Positions 57,136-64,000 of a stretch of 64,000 bases of DNA are shown here, one piece after another (positions within the stretch are counted from its first letter, which is position 1; every line of letters begins with the position of its first letter). Made by a program: the position numbers and the translations under genes. The DNA comes from Macrostomum lignano. Taxonomy: Eukaryota. Below the pieces are notes generated by a model. It was given only the letters and a program-made list of their open reading frames with translations. It was not told the DNA's origin and did no database searches. The stretch spans positions 51,327-115,326 of the forward strand of contig NIVC01000812.1 in assembly GCA_002269645.1 (NCBI GenBank), in the 5' to 3' direction.

Positions 57136-59478
57136 CCTGCGTGTACCTGGCAGAGGAAATACGCTCGTAAGCACTGCACCCATGTAGTGTGCACGTATTT
57201 CCCGTATTCAATACAAAAGGCAGTGTGTATTCAAGTCTTCTGCAGCTGATAGTGGTTGAAACTTTTTTCACACAAACAGACAAAAAACTCGATAGAGGGC
57301 TCAACGTAACGGATCTTCCGCACAATTTATACACTAAAACGACAGTAGATAAGGCAATTGGTCACCCTTAAATCAAATGATCTGTCAAAATCTAACGAAA
57401 CTAGGCACTATGCATACACTTACAGGCTGGCTCTGCTTCAAATCAAACGAGATCAAAGTCCCAGCGACTACACGGGGTGCACAAAACTGCCGTTTTTATC
57501 CTGTCTGAAGTTGAGACCTTCGACAGAACGATGAACTGGAACCCAAGAAGTGACAAGTCAACGCGATTCCCAAGTGGGTTATCCAGCTGAGAAGCTTCTT
57601 TGACCTCACCAAGCATCGCGACTGCTCCTGCCGAGCCACAAATAGCCACAAAATCAATATTCTAAAGCAGGCTATATAGCTCGTAGCTTGTAAAGATCTC
57701 ACCGACAAGTGTCTTTAATACTCAGCAGTAATAGTACTCTGCAGTCTTACATTTGATTTGGACAAAATTTTTGCTGCGAGCCAGTCTGCACAAGTCGGTG
57801 TGGCTGTGGGTCAGCTTAATGCTAGGACTAGATAGTCTCTCTACCTTACAAAAGGAACTGTAATATAGAGAAGGCACTCCAAGTAAGAAGCTTGTTACGA
57901 TTCAACAATGAGGAAAAAAATCTGGTGACTCCAAGAAGTTCCGTTGTAAACTTCCTGTCGACCTGTCGTCGTTGGAGATTGTCTACTCAGGTCTGAGATT
58001 ACGTATTTAATGCAAGTACAAGAGTGAGCAAGGGCGAGCGAGCAAAGGGAGGAAAGCGAAGAAAGGCGCAGCTTCTTGCTTGTGTTGTGAGCCCCCGTCC
58101 TCCGGAGCAACGCCTACAGCTTTAACCTGTCGGGAAGCTGCGACCCCCACGTCCCCAGTCAGAGCTCCCGTCCCGCGCCCTAGGGAGAAGCAGAAAAAGG
58201 ACAGTAACTCGCGAACACGAACTTACACACCGTAGCCGATGCAGTTCGCCGTGCACTTTTTATGGTAGATCGACGAGTCGTTTAGTCAATAGCCAACGGA
58301 GGCGGACCAACGCGCGCAAGGGAGGAGTCTGCCCTCCAGACAGCGACTATATTTTTCATTGGTCCTACGCGTACATGAATATAACTTAAGAACAAATGTA
58401 CGGTACAGCAGGGGAGGTGGGGCGGGGTGGCGTGATCGGCGTACGCGTTGATTATTGATTGGAGGGTTGGGGCAGACTGGAGGGTTGGGGCGGGGCAGGA
58501 GGGCGAGAAAGGGCACGATTGCACAACACTTGGTTTGATAAGGGTTTGTATGTCATTTTCTCAGTCTTTCGCATTAAAGGATGCTGTCATAGTAAATTAC
58601 AGCCAATACTCTACAGCTTTTGCTAGTTTGAGCATATCCATCAGTTATTAATACATTCAAAGCTGAATAGAAACTTTAGGGCCGAAAGTACATCACTTCA
58701 TTACAGTCCAACTGAATGCTTGCGCCTGACAGAAGTAGCCGAATGCCTAGGCGATTAATAATTGGATTGTTTTCGGTCTCCCTGGCAGTCATTTTTCGAA
58801 GCTCAAGGTCAAATATGTATCCCGAACAGCTGAATTCGTTGGTTGAGAGTTCAAACACACAAGTAATGAAATAATTTAAAAAGCTGTCTCTTTCAGTATA
58901 TGCGAGCGATTCACACATTCGCACTGCTTTAACTCTTCATTAACTAAGTCTCTACGAGGCTGAATTCCTACTCAATTGTTAACGCCAGCTGAAGAAGTTA
59001 AAAAACACAAAGAACTGGTTCTTGGCTATCGCGAGTTGCGAGAGACATATAGAAGATCATAGCTGACATTGTCTTTATTCTAGCCAACCACTCTTCGTCC
59101 TGGCCTGATAAACACCTTACTCTGTGAAAGAAGAAAATTAATTTGGATTACATTTAGCTAAAAGAGAGTTGGCCAAAACTGACTTTAATCCTGAAAACTT
59201 TATGATTTTGCAGAGCGATTGTTAACTAGTACCTAAAACAAATAGACTAAATTTTATCTGCCGAATCAAGACACGATGGCTATTAAGAAAAAATACTCGT
59301 ATGTCCTTGAAAAATGGAAATAAGAATTGAACAGCAGTAACATTAACTGTAGCATCCTCTACAGATCAAATATTAGGACTTCTATTGAAATAAATAAAAC
59401 CGAAACCGAAATGGGGATTCAAAAAAAAGCCCGAGTAAAAACAGACGCAATTGGCAAATATTGTGGGATTTCTGAAAT

Positions 59479-60540
59479 TCACGAATTGCTGCAAGCTTCG
59501 ATGCTCTTAGCGTTGCCTCCGATCCTGATCCTTCTCGACATGCTCTTGGCGTTGCCTCCGATCCTGATCCTTCTCGACATGCTCTTGGCGATGCCTCCGA
59601 TCCTGATCCTTCTCGAAATGCTCTTGGCGTTGCCTCCGATCCTGATCCTTCTCGACATGCTCTTGGCGTTGCCTCCGATCCTGATCCTTCTCGACATGCT
59701 CTTGGCGTTGCCTCCGATCCTGATCCGTCTCGACATGCTCTTGGCGTTGCCTCCGATCCTGATCCTTCTAGACATGCTCTTGGCGTTGCCTCCGATCCTG
59801 ATCCGTCTCGACAAGCTCTTGGCGTTGCCTCCGATCCTGATCCTTCTAGACATGCTCTTGGCGTTGCCTCCGATCCTGATCCGTCTCGACATGCTCTTGG
59901 CGTTGCCTCCGATCCTGATCCGTCTCGACATGCTCTTGGCGTTGCCTCCGATCCTGATCCGTCTCGACATGCTCTTGGCGTTGCCTCCGATCCTGATCCG
60001 TCTCGACATGCTCTTGGCGTTGCCTCCGATCCTGATCCTTCTCGACATGCTCTTGGCGTTGCCTCCGATCCTGATCCTTCTCGACATGCTCTTGGCGTTG
60101 CCTCCGATCCTGATCCTTCTAGACATGCTCTTGGCGTTGCCTCCGATCCTGATCCTTCTCGACATGCTCTTGGCGTTGCCTCCGATCCTGATCCTTCTCG
60201 ACATGCTCTTGGCGTTGCCTCCGATCCTGATCCGTCTCGACATGCTCTTGGCGTTGCCTCCGATCCTGATCCTTCTAGACATGCTCTTGGCGTTGCCTCC
60301 GATCCTGATCCTTCTCGACATGCTCTTGGCGTTGCCTCCGATCCTGATCCTTCTCGACATGCTCTTGGCGTTGCCTCCGATCCTGATCCGTCTCGACAAG
60401 CTCTTGGCGTTGCCTCCGTACCGGATCCATCTAGATGGTGGGTACCTGATTATTATTCTATTCGCACTGCTGACTTCCTCGCAGTCGACTGAAGCACAAA
60501 TGATGCAGCAGGCGATGGCGGCCAGCAAAGAGCATAGCAT
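59479..60540 (-). CDS. Secreted repetitive peptide precursor (353 aa): signal peptide + 23 copies of RR-IRIGGNAKSMS
   Basis: ATG in CCCGCCATG context; MLCSLLAAIACCIICASVDC signal; 39-bp units whose common variants (AGG/CGG, TCG/TCT) are synonymous in this frame; TATAAAA at 60642-60636. Confidence 0.8.
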   Translation of the reverse strand: MLCSLLAAIACCIICASVDCEEVSSANRIIIRYPPSRWIRYGGNAKSLSRRIRIGGNAKSMSRRIRIGGNAKSMSRRIRIGGNAKSMSRRIRIGGNAKSMSRRIRIGGNAKSMSRRIRIGGNAKSMSRRIRIGGNAKSMSRRIRIGGNAKSMSRRIRIGGNAKSMSRRIRIGGNAKSMSRRIRIGGNAKSMSRRIRIGGNAKSMSRRIRIGGNAKSMSRRIRIGGNAKSMSRRIRIGGNAKSLSRRIRIGGNAKSMSRRIRIGGNAKSMSRRIRIGGNAKSMSRRIRIGGNAKSMSRRIRIGGNAKSISRRIRIGGIAKSMSRRIRIGGNAKSMSRRIRIGGNAKSIEACSNS

Positions 60541-60957
60541 GGCGGGCTGTCTGAGTACCATTACGGAGTTGGAGAATGCGGTTGGAGATTTTCTGGGAGT
60601 GTAGAGTGGCGATTTGTTGTGGAGAGCTAGCTGCTTTTTATAGTATTTAAATGCCAAGGAGAAATATTTTATCACCTGCTGTTTATTGGCGTCACAATAT
60701 TTGACGCAGTAACAATTAGCGTGGTAATGAAAGATTTTTGACAAAAGTTAAACATAAACTTTGCTGTTCTTAGCTAAAAATGGTCAATGCCATCGAGTGC
60801 AAACAGTTTTCGTCATTCAACTCTATTGCGTAATTTTCAATGCTAGCTGATGCAAAATAAGCTAGTTTTTAGCGAGGCTTTGACAGAAATGAAATTTTGA
60901 AGATAATAGAGAGAGTATTTGTTTACTAGACGGAGCCCTTCGATCAGAGACGAATCC

Positions 60958-61068
60958 AGTTTGGCGCCATCGGCATTCCGTTTGGCGCCATCGGCATTCC
61001 GTTTGGCGCCATCGGCATTCAGTTTGGCGCCATCGGCATTCCGTTTGGCGCCATCGGCATTCCGTTTG
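60958..61068. repeat. 21-bp tandem repeat, 5 copies
   Basis: Unit TTTGGCGCCATCGGCATTCCG. Confidence 0.92.
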
Positions 61069-62001
61069 GAGTGACTTAACGAAATTCTGCGCTTATAATC
61101 CAAAAAAATTTACACCTTCCCGATCAATTTGGGGAAGACTGAAGCATGACGGCATGAACAGATATCCAGGGGCTTCTAGCTGGGCACACGCATACCTTTG
61201 GAGATCGAGTCACACTGACCAGGTAATTCGTGTTTGAAGAATTCCAATAAGTGCAGTCTCGAATTAAACGCAGTTCTTTGTTCGGGGAAGAAGGCTGGAA
61301 GCAGACATTGGGATGTGGCTTGGACCCTTGGGAACAAACTAAGGTTGAAATGCCTCATCATTGAATATTGGAAATGAGACAGGCTTCTTCAGACTTCCAG
61401 ATGGATGTTACGAGCTAAAATGGATTGCCGCTCTTCAACAAAAACAATTTTCGAATTCCTTTTCGAAAAAATCGGACAAAATCATTCCGTGACAAACCGC
61501 TATTCCTGGGTCGTAACTTTAAAAAGCCTGCATTTTTTCCATTAGAACTGTTTTTTTTAGTTTAAATTGGCAAAATTGTAAATCAATTTCCAATGAAACA
61601 CAGCGGGTGAGAAACATAAAATCCGTTAGCTGTGGTATTTTATGCGGTAGTTGACTGGCACCGCGTGTTTATTAATGTTTCCATCATTAAAAAGCTTATT
61701 AATTAAAAGCTGATAAGCCGCTTAAAATTGCTTGAAATTGCTTTAAATTAATAGAACTGATTGCAGAGCATTGAAAACCGACTAAAAAGTTTAGTGAGAG
61801 CTGCTGTCAGCTGATCATTATAACAAATTACATGTATAGGGCTAAATGTTCGACTAATCAGAAGATATTCAGCGGATTTAATGGCACGGTGCCCACATGC
61901 AGGCAGCTGATCAGCTACCGGGCCCGGATTAGCGCTGCTGGTTTCGCATAGGAAGCGAGCAGTCTTTTCTTGTTATTACTATTAGTAGGATTCGTTAGCG
62001 A

Positions 62002-63930
62002 TCAGTCCAGGACCTTCTCCATCTGCGGGTTCTTCATGTTGCCGCGGCAGGCCGTCACCGGAATCAGCGGATGCTGCGTGGTCTTCAGGTAGTCCTGTGG
62101 TTCGAAATGGACCAGGTGTCTAGTAGAGAGCCTCATCGTGGGTGCAGATTAGCTCAGCGGGTAATGCATACTATAACTCTCTGAATTTGAACTCCAAAGG
62201 CACAGCCCCCCCACCGCACAAACTAACGTGATAAAGTTATCTCAAACTCGAGCAATCACTCACATGAGCATACTGCAGCGCGTTCATCTTCTCAGCGTCC
62301 GAGGCCCTGGCGCCGACGTATACGAAAATTTCCACGCCCGTGTCGATGATGTACACATCCTGGACGGGCGAACGGTCAAGTATGTGATGATCTGCAACCA
62401 ATACTACTCATAAAGTAGCTGAGAACTAAAGTTACGCTTACATCCTCATTGATCATAGACCTGGGGCAGTTGCCTTCGGAGACCAGCGAGTACTGCAGCT
62501 TGCCCGACTCGTCCGACAGCCTATGGGTAAGATGAGACGGTGAGATGAGTGAGATAGAGAGAGAATGGTGAGAGCGCGGGACTGAAGCCCGTGTGGAGGA
62601 TGGGGTGGGTGCGGGACTGAAACCTGTGCGGAGGATGGGGTGGGGCGGGACTGAAACCTGTGCGGAGGATGGGGTGGGTGCGGGACTGAAACCGTGCGGA
62701 GGATGGGGTGGGTGCGGGACTGAAACCTGTGCGGAGGATGGGTGGGTGCGGAATGAAACCGTGCGAAGGATGGGGTGGGTGCGGACTGAAACCCGTGCGA
62801 AGGATGGGGTGGGTGCGGGACTGAAACCCGTGCGGAGGATGGGGGGGTGCGGGACTGAAACCTGTGCGGAGGATGGGGTGGGTGCAAGACAGGCCAGCAT
62901 CAGCCAACAGATGCGCACCTGAACATGGCCTTCTTGCCGCTGCGCACATCGCTTTTCACCTCCGAGGATTTCTTGGCGTAGGGCACGTCCGGCAGGCTCT
63001 GGTAGAACTTGTGCTCGGAGCCGATGCTGTTCTCATCCAGGGTGAAAGTCTGCGTCTTGCCGTGGCGCTCGTTCTCAGCTGCTGCAGGAAAGCGCGCGGC
63101 CTTGATGCGCTCGTCCTTGTTGCAGGTTTTGCCGTTCCACTGGTAGGCGGTGCGGCCGAGGTCCAGGATGAAAACGTCATTGGAGTTGAGAGCTTTCCTG
63201 GTCAGCTTGACCTCCTTGACCTCAATGTTGCGCCGGACTCCACAGAAGTGCAGCAGTCGGGGCTTGTACTCCTCAGGCTTCACCTGCCGAAAGCCGGTGG
63301 CGCAGCCGCCCTTGAGATAACTTTCCGGCGCAGCGAGAGGTTGGGAAAGTGGATTTTTAATCTAGCAAAAATGGAAGAAAGACTACAGTAAACTGAGAAT
63401 CTAGCCTGACATGGATGTAGGAATAGAATGGATTGCTAATCTGGCCTACATCAATGCAGAACAGAATGGATTACTAATCTAGCCACTCGCTTACGTGATG
63501 GTCTTGAAGTAGGACTTGAACATCGAGGACTCGTGCTCCTGAACCTCGCGATGCTGCACGGCCTTGTCGTCCAGGAAGGTGTCCAGCTCCACGGTCTTGT
63601 AGGCGGCCGTGCCGTACTCGTCCTGATTGAGGATATTCAAAGATTTAAGCTTAATACAACGCTAATTACTAGTGCTACATCTAGTGCTCAAAAGCTCCCG
63701 CACCTGAGTGCTGTGCCTTTCCAATCCAGAAGTGCACATCGTAGAGCAGCTCATCACCGTCGGGGTCCTTGTACACATTGAGCACGATGTAGGAGTCGCC
63801 GCTGAAGAACTTGCCGTATCCTCCTTGGGCCAGGCCTTTACTTTGAACTTCTCGATGCGCCACACGAAGAGCTCGTCGCTGGTGCACTCCTTCACCGGCT
63901 GCCAGGCCGTCTCGACCTCGGACGCGGCCT
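62002..63930 (-). CDS. Gelsolin/severin/fragmin-family actin-binding protein (three-domain type), 5' exon(s) beyond the window
   Basis: Exons 63930-63704 ([30 protein letters not shown]), 63622-63495 ([25 protein letters not shown]), 63320-62919 ([24 protein letters not shown]), 62520-62442, 62359-62264 (DVYIID), 62094-62002 (stop). Splice sites and phases are consistent; two compensating indel pairs. Confidence 0.92.
62575..62885. repeat. ~35-bp G-rich intronic minisatellite
   Basis: Unit GAGGATGGGGTGGGTGCGGGACTGAAACCTGTGCG, about 9 noisy copies. Confidence 0.92.
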
Positions 63931-64000
63931 CTGCGGGCAAAATTAGTCCAAGTCAGTTTTTGTCTGACTTGCGTCAACTTCCGACCTTGTGGACTTTCGA

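Noticed and set aside
59327-60604. 425-aa plus-strand ORF (LALPPILILLDML repeats)
   Set aside because: Antisense shadow of the peptide precursor. The common Arg-codon variant is non-synonymous in this frame and there is no signal or start context.
5480-62885. CRISPR arrays among the many 23-42 bp repeats
   Set aside because: All are head-to-tail tandem repeats without unique spacers; eukaryotic context and no cas genes.

Overview
Eukaryotic, intron-containing, repeat-rich animal DNA. GC3-rich exons, minisatellite-filled introns and a glucose transporter resembling flatworm SGTP proteins suggest a free-living flatworm such as Macrostomum (inference). Host genes, nearly all on the minus strand: a truncated gene at the left edge; a ~1000-aa Pro/Ser-rich orphan; a GLUT/SLC2A sugar transporter with two 1-bp frameshifts; three tandem paralogs of a secreted PAN + C-type-lectin protein (the middle one a pseudogene); a small secreted-protein gene on the plus strand with an in-frame TGA; an ankyrin-repeat cGAS/Mab21-like nucleotidyltransferase; a signal-peptide precursor with 23 tandem 13-aa cationic repeats; and the 3' part of a gelsolin/severin-family gene. 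Mobile DNA: a CACTA/EnSpm-type transposon with intact transposase ORF, TIRs and TA duplication; a Penelope-like retroelement; Polinton/Maverick debris; P-type and tyrosine-recombinase remnants; a hAT-type MITE; and several tRNA-derived SINEs sharing a central core. Top lead: the Penelope-like element has a separate upstream ORF ending in a correctly phased U_UUA_AAC slippery heptamer that opens in -1 into the RT/GIY-YIG ORF, plus a 3' minimal hammerhead ribozyme. Several frameshifts in host genes look like long-read consensus errors, so all single-base conclusions need read-level checks. No searches or folding programs were run; family calls are from motif recognition.
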